Counted from the first letter of the stretch, positions 1 through 9,501 are shown. The stretch: 49,284 bases of DNA from Pseudomonadota bacterium (GCA_021808985.1 JAKBAQ010000001.1:1-49284), one strand, 5' to 3'. Notes: generated from the letters alone by a model not told the origin. Translations and numbers: made by a program.

Positions 1-133
1 GCGCCACCAGTTTCATCATCAAGGCCGGCATATGCACCCCTGGGAACATCACATGGATGAACACAGCCATCCCCAGGCCGCCCAGCAGCGCAAACACCAC
101 CAACCATGCCAGACCGGCCAGAAAACGCCTCAT
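1..133 (-). CDS. 5' part of a membrane/exported protein running off the window start (MRRFLAGLAWLVVFALLGGLGMAVFIHVMFPG...)
   Basis: Not in the ORF track. ATG at 133-131 overlaps the gluQ stop (ATGA coupling); the frame is open to base 1 and has a hydrophobic N-terminus. Confidence 0.6.
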   Translation of the reverse strand, partial: MRRFLAGLAWLVVFALLGGLGMAVFIHVMFPGVHMPALMMKLVA

Positions 134-951
134 GCCGCGCCGCCTTCCTCAAATTGCCGCAATATCGCGCGCGGCTGAACCCCCGCCGCCCGCATGGCGC
201 GCAGCGTAGCGGCAAAATCGCGCTTGGCCAGCCGCCTGCCTTGCGCATCGCGCAGCAGACGGTGGTGCGCATAAACCGGCGTCGGCAGCCCCAGCAGCCT
301 TTGCAGCAGCACATGCACATGCGTCGCCTCAAACAAATCCTCACCCCTTATCACATGGCTGATCCCCTGCAGCGCATCGTCATGCACCACGCAGAGATGA
401 TAACTGCTCGGCGTATCCTTGCGCGCCAGCACCACATCGCCAAAGGGCAGGGGCCTGGCCTCGATCCAGCCCTTGCCCTCCTCGAAAAACCGCAGCGCGC
501 CCGCCTGGCGTAGCGCCGCCGCCATATCCAGCCGCAACGCATAAGCCGCCCCGGCGTTCATCCTCTCCTCCCGCGCGGCCCCGCTCAAATGCCGGCAGGT
601 GCCTGGATACACCGCCTCCGCCCCATGCGGCGCGGCCTGCGCGCGGGCAATCTCCGCGCGGGTGCAGAAACACGGATAGAGCAGCCCCCGCCCGCGCAAA
701 ACCTCAAGCGCCGCCTGAAATTCCGGCAAATGGGCTGACTGCGTGCGAATCTCGCCATCCCACGCCAGCCCCAGCCAGCGCAGATCCTCCACAATGCCGG
801 CGGCAAATTCCGCCCGGCAGCGCGTGGCGTCGATATCCTCAAGCCGCAGCCGAAAAACATCCGCCCGCCGCCAGGCGCTCCATGCCGAGAATGCGTGGCC
901 AAGATGCAGATATCCGGTCGGGCTCGGCGCGAAACGCGTGACGATATTCAT
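130..951 (-). CDS. gluQ: Glutamyl-Q tRNA(Asp) synthetase
   Basis: RFAPSPTGYLHLGH, CFCT..YPGTC Zn region, VIRGEDL, LAKR; 273 aa with no anticodon-binding domain. Confidence 0.92.
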   Translation of the reverse strand: MNIVTRFAPSPTGYLHLGHAFSAWSAWRRADVFRLRLEDIDATRCRAEFAAGIVEDLRWLGLAWDGEIRTQSAHLPEFQAALEVLRGRGLLYPCFCTRAEIARAQAAPHGAEAVYPGTCRHLSGAAREERMNAGAAYALRLDMAAALRQAGALRFFEEGKGWIEARPLPFGDVVLARKDTPSSYHLCVVHDDALQGISHVIRGEDLFEATHVHVLLQRLLGLPTPVYAHHRLLRDAQGRRLAKRDFAATLRAMRAAGVQPRAILRQFEEGGAA

Positions 952-1065
952 GGCTCCGCTGATATAAGCATGGCGGCTCCGGCGTGTGACAAGTGGTTTA
1001 CAAACGTTTTCCTGTCTTGCGGCTGCCCGCCGCTTTTGTCATAAATCCCCTATGACTCGTACTAA

Positions 1066-1112
1066 CCACCATATTTGGCTGGGGTTCGCGGTTTCTCCCC
1101 AAAATCTGGTCC
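1066..1112 (+). promoter_or_regulatory. Tandem NrdR-box-like operator upstream of the HNH gene
   Basis: CCACCATATTTGGCTG (1066-1081) and CCCCAAAATCTGGTCC (1097-1112) both fit the core C-x-A-x-A-T-x-T-x-G and are 31 bp apart. Confidence 0.65.
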
Positions 1113-1133
1113 CCTTCTGGGACAGGTTCAGTA

Positions 1134-1694
1134 ATGCCTGACGGCGGGTCAAATTTTCCCGCTCTCGTCTTGAACGCGGATTTCCGTCCGCTATCCTATT
1201 TTCCGTTGTCGACCTGGAACTGGCAGGATGCCGTGCGCGCGGTCTTCCTTGATCGTGTTTCCGTCCTCTCCGAATATGAAAAAGAGGTCCACAGCCCCAG
1301 CTTCACCATGCGCCTGCCCAGCGTCATCGCGCTGCGAGACTTCATCCCCTCCGCGCGCACCCCGGCCTTCACCCGCTTCAACGTGTTCCTGCGTGACGTC
1401 TTCACCTGCCAGTATTGCGGCCATAAACGCGGCGCCCCGGAGCTCACCTTCGACCATGTAATCCCCCGCGCCCATGGCGGACGCACGAGCTGGGAGAACG
1501 TCGTCACCGCCTGCGGCCCGTGCAACCTGCGCAAGGGCAGCAAATTGCCGCGTGAATGCAACATGATCCCGCATCAGGAACCCCGCCGCCCCACCAGCTG
1601 GGAACTGCAGGACCGGGGCAGGGGCTTCCCGCCCAATTTCCTGCACCAGAGCTGGCGCGATTTCCTTTATTGGGACTCCGAGCTGGAAAATTAA
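1134..1694 (+). CDS. HNH endonuclease (McrA/COG1403-like)
   Basis: LVLNAD N-terminus, RDVFTCQYCG, TFDHVIPRAHGG, WENVVTACGPCNLRKG. Confidence 0.9.
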   Translation: MPDGGSNFPALVLNADFRPLSYFPLSTWNWQDAVRAVFLDRVSVLSEYEKEVHSPSFTMRLPSVIALRDFIPSARTPAFTRFNVFLRDVFTCQYCGHKRGAPELTFDHVIPRAHGGRTSWENVVTACGPCNLRKGSKLPRECNMIPHQEPRRPTSWELQDRGRGFPPNFLHQSWRDFLYWDSELEN

Positions 1695-1787
1695 CTAGCC
1701 TCTCCGCCCTTGCCCTCACGCCATTTTCGTTGGATCAACCATGCAAGGCCCCGTCAGGGCTGATGACCGATTCTGAACAGAGGTTGC

Positions 1788-2222
1788 ATGTCGATCGTAA
1801 TCGAACCAGCGGTGCTGGAAGACGCCCTGGCCGGCGGAGTGCTCATCGGCATCGCCACTGCCGGGCTGCTGCTGGTAAATGGCCGAATCGCGGGCATCAG
1901 CGGCATCATGGCCGGCGCCACCGGGGGGCAGTCCAGGCTTTGGCAATGGGCGTTCCTGCTCGGGCTGGTGGCGGCGGGCATCGCCGCCGCGCCGCTGGGC
2001 TACGCATTGCCCGCCGCCCTTAGCCGGCAGCCGCTTTCCGTGCTGGCGCTGGCGGGCCTGCTGGTCGGCTTCGGCACCCGCCTTGGCAATGGCTGCACCA
2101 GCGGCCACGGGGTTTGCGGCATCGCCCAGCTCAACCCGCGCTCCATGCTGGCCACGGGCATCTTCATGCTCGTCGCCGGGCTCACCGTGTTCGTCACCCG
2201 CCACCTGCTGGGCCACGGCTGA
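1788..2222 (+). CDS. YeeE/YedE-family small sulfur-transport membrane protein
   Basis: GRIAGISGI and [18 protein letters not shown] motifs; about 4 TM segments. Confidence 0.88.
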   Translation: MSIVIEPAVLEDALAGGVLIGIATAGLLLVNGRIAGISGIMAGATGGQSRLWQWAFLLGLVAAGIAAAPLGYALPAALSRQPLSVLALAGLLVGFGTRLGNGCTSGHGVCGIAQLNPRSMLATGIFMLVAGLTVFVTRHLLGHG

Positions 2223-2644
2223 TGCGCCTCACGCACATCGTTTCCGCCTTCGCCTTCGGCCTCATCCTCGGCGCCGGGCTGGTCCTCTCCGGCATGGCCG
2301 ACCCCGGCCGCGTCAAGGCCTTTCTGGATATCACCGGCGCCTGGAATCCCTCCCTGGCCCTGGTCATGGGCGGCGCCATCGCGGTTGCCGCGCCCGCCTT
2401 CGCCCTGGCCCGGCGCCGCAACATCGCGCCGCGCGGCTGCGGCATCGCTGATGACAAGCAAGCCACCCCCAGGCTCATCCTCGGCGCGGCATTGTTCGGC
2501 CTTGGCTGGGGTCTTTCCGGCATCTGCCCCGGCCCCGGCCTGGTCCTGCTCGGCTATGGCGCCCGCCGCGCGCTCATCTTCGCCGCCACCATGGTCATCG
2601 GCGCCCGCCTCGCCGCGCTGTTCACCCCGCCTGACGACCCCTGA
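2222..2644 (+). CDS. YeeE/YedE partner membrane protein
   Basis: SGMADPGRVKAFLD, WNPSL, FGLGWGLSGICPGPG; ATG at 2222 overlaps the upstream TGA. Confidence 0.85.
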   Translation: MRLTHIVSAFAFGLILGAGLVLSGMADPGRVKAFLDITGAWNPSLALVMGGAIAVAAPAFALARRRNIAPRGCGIADDKQATPRLILGAALFGLGWGLSGICPGPGLVLLGYGARRALIFAATMVIGARLAALFTPPDDP

Positions 2645-2715
2645 ACAACTTGTAATCAGCCGGTGACAATGGCACTGCTGCATGACCAGACCCCCAGCCC
2701 CCAGGAAGCAGCATC

Positions 2716-3603
2716 ATGAATGAGGTCAAAATCGGCAACCGCGCGGTCGGCGGCAGAAATCCCTGCTATGTCATCGCCGAAATCGGCATCAACCATAATG
2801 GCGACCTCGACATCGCCAAACAGCTGATCGACGTCGCCGTCACCGCCGGCTGCGATGCCGTCAAATTCCAGAAACGCACCGTCGATGTCGTCTACACCCC
2901 CGAGGAACTCGCCCGCCCGCGTGAAAACCCCTTCGGCCCCACCAATGGCGACCTCAAGCGCGGCCTGGAATTCGGCCATGCCGAATATCATGAGATCGAC
3001 GCCTACTGCGCCAAGAAGAACATCGCCTGGTTCGCCTCCTGCTGGGACGAAGCCTCGGTCGACTTCATCGATCATTTCGACCCCCCGGCCTATAAAATCG
3101 CCTCCGCCAGCCTTACCGACGATGACCTGCTGCGCCACACCCGCGCCAAGGGCAAGGCCATCATCCTCTCCACCGGCATGAGCAGCCTGGAGCAGATCGA
3201 CCATGCGGTGCAGGTCCTGGGCAAGAAGGATCTCATCATCCTGCACTCCAGCAGCACCTACCCGGCGCATTACGAGGAGCTGAACCTGCGCGTCATCCCC
3301 GTGCTGGCGCAGCAATTCGCCGTCCCGGTCGGCTATTCCGGGCATGAGACCGGCATTCCCTCCTCCGTCGCCGCCGCCGCCATCGGCGCCTGCGTGGTGG
3401 AGCGTCACCTCACGCTGGACCGCGCCATGTGGGGCAGCGACCATGCCGCCTCCCTGGAGCCCAACGGCATCACCCGCCTGGTGCGAGACATCCGCCTGGT
3501 CGAAACCGCGCTGGGCGATGGCGTCAAGCGCGTTCTGGACCGTGAGAAGCCGGTCATCGAAAAGCTCCGCCGCGTCCACGGCCCGCGCATCCAAGGCGCC
3601 TGA
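2716..3603 (+). CDS. NeuB-family nonulosonic acid (N-acetylneuraminate/KDN-type) synthase, lacking the C-terminal SAF domain
   Basis: IAEIGINHNGD, DAVKFQKR, YKIAS, STGM, GYSGHE, ERHLTLDR..GSDH..SLEP. Confidence 0.9.
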   Translation: MNEVKIGNRAVGGRNPCYVIAEIGINHNGDLDIAKQLIDVAVTAGCDAVKFQKRTVDVVYTPEELARPRENPFGPTNGDLKRGLEFGHAEYHEIDAYCAKKNIAWFASCWDEASVDFIDHFDPPAYKIASASLTDDDLLRHTRAKGKAIILSTGMSSLEQIDHAVQVLGKKDLIILHSSSTYPAHYEELNLRVIPVLAQQFAVPVGYSGHETGIPSSVAAAAIGACVVERHLTLDRAMWGSDHAASLEPNGITRLVRDIRLVETALGDGVKRVLDREKPVIEKLRRVHGPRIQGA

Positions 3604-3605
3604 CC

Positions 3606-4085
3606 ATGCCCCTGGTGGACGCCGTGGCGCTGGACGTTGACGGCGTCCTCACCGATGGCGGCTTCTGGTGGGGGCCAAACGGCGAGGAGTGGAAGCGCTT
3701 CCACTTCGCCGATGTCATGGGCATTTCGCGCGCCCGCCAGGCCGGTCTGGTCTTCGCCCTCATCTCCGGCGAGGCCAGCCCCCTGGTAGAGCGTTTCGCC
3801 GCCAAAATGCACATCACCCAGGTCTTCAAGGGCATCAAGGACAAAGGCGCCGCCCTGCGCGAATTCTCGGCCAACACCGGCATCCCGCTCCCGCGCATCT
3901 GCTTCATGGGCGATGACGTGAACGACCTTCCAGCCCTCGCCCTCGCCGGGCTCAGCGCCGCCCCCGCCAACGCCCAGCCACCCGTGCTCGCCGCCGCCGC
4001 CCTGCGCCTCACCCGCACCGGCGGCAACGGCGCCGTGCGCGAGCTGATAGAGCATATCCTGCAAAATCCGGAGCCCGCGGCATGA
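3606..4085 (+). CDS. KdsC-like HAD phosphatase (Kdo-8-P / KDN-9-P phosphatase family)
   Basis: LDVDGVLTDG, MGDDVNDL, GGNGAVRE. Confidence 0.88.
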   Translation: MPLVDAVALDVDGVLTDGGFWWGPNGEEWKRFHFADVMGISRARQAGLVFALISGEASPLVERFAAKMHITQVFKGIKDKGAALREFSANTGIPLPRICFMGDDVNDLPALALAGLSAAPANAQPPVLAAAALRLTRTGGNGAVRELIEHILQNPEPAA

Positions 4086-5026
4086 CCCCGCCGTCAGACA
4101 AGCTCATCTGCGCCGTCCTCCCCTGCTACAACGAATCCGGCAACATCCTGCCCCTTTATGAGCGCCTCACCGCCGCCTTCGCCACCATCCCCGACCAGCG
4201 CTACACCCTCCTCTTCATTGACAACGCCTCCACTGACTCCACGGTCGCCGAAATCAAACAGCTCGCGGCCCAGGATCAGCGCGTGCAGCTCATCGTCAAT
4301 GCCCGCAATTTCGGCGTGCTGCGCTCCGGCCTGCACGGTTTCCTCTCCGCCCCCGGTGACGCGCTGATCACCATGGTGACCGACCTGCAAGACCCGCCGG
4401 AGATGATCCCAACCTTCATCCGCCACTGGCGCGAGGGCTTCAAGGTCGTCATCGGCATCAAGCCGGAAAGCCACGAAAACCCGCTAATGTTCCTCGTCCG
4501 CCGTGCATATTACCGGCTGGTCGGCCGCCTCTCCGAAGTCCCGCTCATCGAAAACTTCACCGGCTTTGGCCTCTATGACCGCGAAGTGGTCGAGCAGGTC
4601 CGCGCCACCGGCGACCGCTACCCCTATTTCCGCGGCCTCATCGCCGACCTCGGCTACCCCCGCGCCGAAATCCCCTTCGTCCAGCCAAGGCGCGAGCGCG
4701 GCATCACCAAAAACAATTTCTACTCCCTCTACGACCTGGCGATGCTCGGCATCACCAGCCACTCCAAGGTGCCGCTGCGCCTGGCCACCATGGCCGGCTT
4801 CTGCCTCTCCGGCGTCAGCCTTCTGGTCGCCCTGGCCTACCTGGTGGCCAAACTCCTCTTCTGGAACCACTTCCCCGCCAACACCGCCCCCATCCTCATC
4901 GCCCTCTTCTTCTTCGCCTCGGTGCAACTGTTCTTCATCGGCATTCTAGGCGAATATATCGGCGTTATTCTTACTCATGTTACCAAAAGACCATTGGTGA
5001 TCGAGCAGGAGCGATTAAATTTATGA
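4082..5026 (+). CDS. GT2 polyprenol-phosphate glycosyltransferase (GtrB/ArnC-like)
   Basis: PCYNE, IDNASTD, RNFG, DLQDPPE, two C-terminal TM helices, GILGEYI. Confidence 0.88.
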   Translation: MTPPSDKLICAVLPCYNESGNILPLYERLTAAFATIPDQRYTLLFIDNASTDSTVAEIKQLAAQDQRVQLIVNARNFGVLRSGLHGFLSAPGDALITMVTDLQDPPEMIPTFIRHWREGFKVVIGIKPESHENPLMFLVRRAYYRLVGRLSEVPLIENFTGFGLYDREVVEQVRATGDRYPYFRGLIADLGYPRAEIPFVQPRRERGITKNNFYSLYDLAMLGITSHSKVPLRLATMAGFCLSGVSLLVALAYLVAKLLFWNHFPANTAPILIALFFFASVQLFFIGILGEYIGVILTHVTKRPLVIEQERLNL

Positions 5027-5036
5027 ATAAAAAACA

Positions 5037-5852
5037 ATGAAAAACACATTTAAACCCAAAGTCGCTCTCATAACAGGCGGCGGCTCGGGCATCGGCGCCG
5101 CCATGGCCAGGGAGCTTGCCTCACGGGGAACTTTTGTGGTCGTGGCGGATATAAATTTTGCCAATGCTTCAGCCATTAGCTCTGAAATTGGAGAACGGGC
5201 CGAGGCGGCTGAAATTGATGTCTCGGACCAGAATGCGGTTAAATCATTAATCGCCGGCATAAAAAATCGCCTTGGGAGCCTGGACTGTCTCGTTAATTGT
5301 GCAGGCATCACATCTTACGGTGAGGCGCTTCATTCATCTTTGGATGAATGGGAAAAGATATTATCCGTGAACCTGATGGGCACGATCATTCCCAGCATGG
5401 CCGCTTATGAGATTATGGCCAAGCAACGGAGTGGAACCATTATCAATATGGGCTCCATGGCGACCTTCCTGGTCGATCCTCTTTTCGCTCCATACATAAC
5501 GAGCAAATTTGGCGTTGTTGGCTTTTCACGCACGTTGGCAACCGAAGCCAAGGCCTATGGGGTTCATGTATGTGTCGTTTGCCCGGGTAATATCCAGTCG
5601 GCTTTAGCAGCGCAGAGATATGCTCCGTCCCGGTTTACGCCCATAATGCAGCCGCTTGATGCTGTTCAGAAAATTCTTAAGGCTGTTTCGCAAAAACGCC
5701 GGATTATTGTGTTTCCAACTCATGCCAGAATATTCTGGTGGCTTGATCGTCTCGATCCAAATTTTTTAAATCCGCTCAGGCAAGAAATTTTTCGTCGTGC
5801 GCAACGTAGAAATGCCTTTCATAATCAGTTGGAAAGTCAGAGCGAGACTTGA
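5037..5852 (+). CDS. Short-chain dehydrogenase/reductase (low GC)
   Basis: TGGGSGIG, NCAG, YITSK. Confidence 0.88.
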   Translation: MKNTFKPKVALITGGGSGIGAAMARELASRGTFVVVADINFANASAISSEIGERAEAAEIDVSDQNAVKSLIAGIKNRLGSLDCLVNCAGITSYGEALHSSLDEWEKILSVNLMGTIIPSMAAYEIMAKQRSGTIINMGSMATFLVDPLFAPYITSKFGVVGFSRTLATEAKAYGVHVCVVCPGNIQSALAAQRYAPSRFTPIMQPLDAVQKILKAVSQKRRIIVFPTHARIFWWLDRLDPNFLNPLRQEIFRRAQRRNAFHNQLESQSET

Positions 5853-6010
5853 TCGTTTTGGCGTAAATGAACGACTCTATGCCACCATTGTGCTTCCGTG
5901 TGCCGCGGATGCTCGCCGTCTTTCAACCAGATAAAATGACGCGTCACTCATGCCGTATCCCCACCACCAACCCGCTCCAGCCTCCACTTTTTAGTATGAA
6001 TCGAAAATTC

Positions 6011-7153
6011 TCAAACCTTTTCCTCAACCATCTCTGCCCCGCCAGCCGCCTGAAACTTCGTATTCCCGGCAAGAATTTTCAACAGCTTCCTGCGCACGGG
6101 AAACTCAAAAAACCGGTGCACCAATATTGAAACACCAACGCACACCAAAATGAACATCACGCTGAGTGAAACCTCCAGCGGCAATGATGTATAAAATTGA
6201 TGCCTGAGCGGCAGCACAATAAAAATCAAAAAAAGCCCCAGCAGCATCGCATGCGTCATGTAGAGCGCGAATGAAGCCTCACCCAACTGCACGAAACCCC
6301 TCCGGTACAGAAAGGATTTTCCCCGGTCGATCTCATTTCCGGCGGTGGCGACAATCAATAAAAAAGCTCCAGGAATGAACATCAAATTCATCAGGGCGCC
6401 ACTGCGCGAGGGCTCCGGCACGGCAATGCAATATAATAAAACCGGCAACATCATCGCCGCCAGCGCGGATATCGTCGAGCGAAACCGGAAGCCTGCCTTC
6501 ACCCATTGCGCGCCAATCGCGCCAAGAACAAATTCATAGCTGCGCGGCAGCGGATTATAGATATAAAAATCAAGCGCCGCATGCCAGTTTCGTGAATCGG
6601 CAAGCAATACGAACCCGCTCAGCCCCAGCCAGAGCGCGGCGACACTCAAAAAATATTTTCCCCGGCCAATGCCCGCAAAAGCGGGAAAGCAGAAAGGCGC
6701 CATGATATAAAAGAAAAACTCGCATGATAACGTCCAGGAAACACCATTCCATGCCTGCCGTATGTCCGGATGTCCCGGAATCCAGCTGTGAATGAGCAGA
6801 AAATTCGCAATGGTCCCCGGAGCGGTCCCCACATATCCGCCAAGCGCCTTGCCGGTTTGCAGAAAAAACAAAAGTGAGAGCACCAGGCACACGAAGTGCA
6901 GCGGATAAATGCGGGTCAGCCGCCGCAGAACATAGGCGGCCGGGCCGATCCCCTGGTCGAATGACCACATCAGCACAAAGCCTGATAAAATGAAAAAGAA
7001 AGAAACCCCAAGCCAGCCGGTCTGGCTGATCAGCTCAACAACCCCCAGATTCCCGCTAACAGCTGCCAGATGCGTCACAACGACGAACAATGCGGCAAAA
7101 AATCGCAGCGATGTAAGCGCGTCAAGATTTTTCACCCTGCCGCGAGGCGCCAT
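6011..7153 (-). CDS. Acyltransferase_3 / OafA-like O-acyltransferase (low GC)
   Basis: LTSLRFFAA..H, GVSFFFILSGF, RRLTRIYP, WTLSCEFFFY, GEASFALYMTH, FEFP. The start may be as far up as 7192. Confidence 0.88.
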   Translation of the reverse strand: MAPRGRVKNLDALTSLRFFAALFVVVTHLAAVSGNLGVVELISQTGWLGVSFFFILSGFVLMWSFDQGIGPAAYVLRRLTRIYPLHFVCLVLSLLFFLQTGKALGGYVGTAPGTIANFLLIHSWIPGHPDIRQAWNGVSWTLSCEFFFYIMAPFCFPAFAGIGRGKYFLSVAALWLGLSGFVLLADSRNWHAALDFYIYNPLPRSYEFVLGAIGAQWVKAGFRFRSTISALAAMMLPVLLYCIAVPEPSRSGALMNLMFIPGAFLLIVATAGNEIDRGKSFLYRRGFVQLGEASFALYMTHAMLLGLFLIFIVLPLRHQFYTSLPLEVSLSVMFILVCVGVSILVHRFFEFPVRRKLLKILAGNTKFQAAGGAEMVEEKV

Positions 7154-7244
7154 ATCGCCTTGATGCAACGCATTTGAGGCGCCTGTTCCCACACCATCCC
7201 CCTCTCACGCCCCCGCAAGGGGGCATATCCAAACCGGTAAAACG

Positions 7245-8174
7245 TTATGTCACTGATGCCAGATACCCCGCCGTGTCGGCAATCTGCTCATCCAGCCCGC
7301 GCAGGCCCACCCCCGCCAGCGCCGCCGCCCGCCTGTATCCCGCCCCATCTCCCAGATAATAATCCGCCGCCCCCTCGCGCCATTCCGGCCGCGCGATCTG
7401 CCTCTCCCCCGCGCCCATCACCCGCGCCACCCGCGCCGCCAGCGCGCCAATTTCCACCTCTTCCTCGCCCGCGGTATCAAACCCTTCCAGCGTCATCCCC
7501 TGCAGCAGCCCCGCCAGCCCGATGCTCAGCACATCACCCACATGCGCGTATGAGCGCCAAACCGGATGCGCCGCCCGCAACCGCACCGGCCCGCCTCCCG
7601 CCACATCGGCGATCATGCAGGCCAGCGCATAATGGCTCACATTGTTTATGAACGGCCCCGCCAGGTTGAAAATCCGCGGCACCACCGCCGGAAACCCCAG
7701 CCGCTTCGCCAGCCCGCCAAAAACCGCCTCATCCTCCAGCTTCAGCGCGCCATAAATATCCCGCTGCGCCCTGTACGCCGCCCCCGAGGACGGAATAAAA
7801 ACCCCGGCAGCCCCGTTGCGCTCAATAAATTCCCGCATGGTCCGCGTAATCAGCCGGTTCACGGTCACATAATCCGCCTGCTGCGCAAACCCGCGCGTCA
7901 GGAAGGCAAAATGCAAAACCAGCCCTGGCGGCGCCTGCTCATGCCCCAGTTCGGCGAATCCGCGCGCCCGCACCACAAGCCCCGATCGCAGCCGCACCTC
8001 GCGCGCCTGGGCCGCGAACACGCTCACCCGCCGGCTGAAATCCTCGCCAAGCGCCCCCTCCAGCATTTCCAGCGCCGCCTGGCCTAGCCACCCGCCCGTG
8101 CCCGTCACCACCACCGGCACCTCGCGCCGCCGCAACTCCCTTGCCAGCGCGGCGGAGAATCCAAGCCGTTTCAT
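7245..8174 (-). CDS. NAD-dependent sugar epimerase/dehydratase
   Basis: VTGTGGWLG, SSGAAY, YGALK, RIFNLAGP. Start placed at MKRLG to avoid overlap with the divergent gene. Confidence 0.8.
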   Translation of the reverse strand: MKRLGFSAALARELRRREVPVVVTGTGGWLGQAALEMLEGALGEDFSRRVSVFAAQAREVRLRSGLVVRARGFAELGHEQAPPGLVLHFAFLTRGFAQQADYVTVNRLITRTMREFIERNGAAGVFIPSSGAAYRAQRDIYGALKLEDEAVFGGLAKRLGFPAVVPRIFNLAGPFINNVSHYALACMIADVAGGGPVRLRAAHPVWRSYAHVGDVLSIGLAGLLQGMTLEGFDTAGEEEVEIGALAARVARVMGAGERQIARPEWREGAADYYLGDGAGYRRAAALAGVGLRGLDEQIADTAGYLASVT

Positions 8175-8238
8175 AAGGCGCAGTTGGCGCGGCGCGGCCG
8201 CTCGGTCATTATGCATGCCATGCCTCAAGAGACCACTC

Positions 8239-9501
8239 ATGCAGCATGAGCGCAACCGCCGAATTTTGTTCATCTCCGGCATCGGCCTGGGCCAACGCGC
8301 CGCGCAGCTGCTCAGCACGCTCATCACCCTGCCGCTGGTGCTGCACACGCTCGGCCTGGCGGGCTTCGGCATCTGGGGTGCCGCCACGTCCCTGGCCTGG
8401 CTCTCCAGCATGCTGGATCTCGGCCTCGGCAGCGCCCTGCTCTGCCTGCTGCCGCAGGCCCGGGCGGCAGGGCAGGGGGCCACATTGCACCGCTACATCA
8501 CCGCCGCTCTCTGCATAGGTCTTTGCCTCTCGCTGCTGGTCCTGGGCGGTGGCGCTGCGCTCCGGCTCGCCGGCCTGCCTCTTCCCGCCGCGCCCTTTCT
8601 GGCCGCGCTCATCCTCCTGGCGCTCAACATTCCGCTGAACATATCGCGTGACATCTGGTTCGGCCTACACAAGGGCTACATCGCCGGCTATTGGGAGTTC
8701 GCGCAAACCCTCCTCACATTGGGGCTGCTGCTGCTCGCCGCCTGGGCCGGCGGCGGCCTCACGGTCATGACCATCGCGGTCTACGCCGCCATGCTCGCCA
8801 TCAACGCCGCCAGCCTCACCCACGCGCTCATCCGCCATCCAGAGCTGCGCCCCCGCCAGCCTCCCGCCATCCCCGCCCTGCGTGAGACCCTCACCCGCGG
8901 CAGCCTGCTCTTCGCCATCACCATCGCCGGCTCCAGCGCCTATTCGTTTGATACGCTGCTAACCCTGCACTGGCGGGGTGCCGCCGCCGCCGCGCAGATG
9001 GTCATCGCCATACGCGTCTGCACCACCGCCATCGGCTTCCTCAACATCCTCACCCTGCCGCTCTGGCCCGAATTCGTCGAAGCCGCCGCCAAGGGCGACC
9101 TTGCCTGGCTCAAGAAAATCCTGCGGCATGGCACCTGGCTCACCAATGCGCTGGCCATCGCCGGCTCGGCGTTCATCGTGGCCCTCGGCGCGCCCCTGCT
9201 GCGCTGGTGGATGCACGAGAACCTGCACATAACCCAGCCCTTCCTCTGGGCCATGGCGGCCTGGATCATCACCCTCAACCTGCCGCGCATCTCGGGCCTG
9301 TTCCTCAACGCGGTCAACGAGCTGAAATTTCAGGTATACCTGCTCACGGCCACCGCCCTGCTCGGCTTCATCCTCAAATTCCTCGCCGCCAGCCGCTTCG
9401 GCGCCGCCGGCATCCTCGCCGCCACGCCCATCCTTTGGGGCCTCATCGTCATTCCCGCCTATTTCTGGAAAACCTGGCGCTGGCTGCGGCAAAGCCGCTA
9501 A
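8239..9501 (+). CDS. Wzx/MATE-like polysaccharide flippase
   Basis: About 12 hydrophobic segments, LGLAGFGIW..LDLGLG signature, glycan-locus context. Confidence 0.75.
   Translation: MQHERNRRILFISGIGLGQRAAQLLSTLITLPLVLHTLGLAGFGIWGAATSLAWLSSMLDLGLGSALLCLLPQARAAGQGATLHRYITAALCIGLCLSLLVLGGGAALRLAGLPLPAAPFLAALILLALNIPLNISRDIWFGLHKGYIAGYWEFAQTLLTLGLLLLAAWAGGGLTVMTIAVYAAMLAINAASLTHALIRHPELRPRQPPAIPALRETLTRGSLLFAITIAGSSAYSFDTLLTLHWRGAAAAAQMVIAIRVCTTAIGFLNILTLPLWPEFVEAAAKGDLAWLKKILRHGTWLTNALAIAGSAFIVALGAPLLRWWMHENLHITQPFLWAMAAWIITLNLPRISGLFLNAVNELKFQVYLLTATALLGFILKFLAASRFGAAGILAATPILWGLIVIPAYFWKTWRWLRQSR

Noticed and set aside
1134-1694. HNH as a homing, IscB/Cas9-like or restriction nuclease
   Set aside because: No RuvC motifs, repeats, methylase or mobile context; composition is host-like.
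5867-6130. 87-aa ORF between the SDR and the acyltransferase
   Set aside because: It overlaps the acyltransferase antisense and has no RBS or motif.
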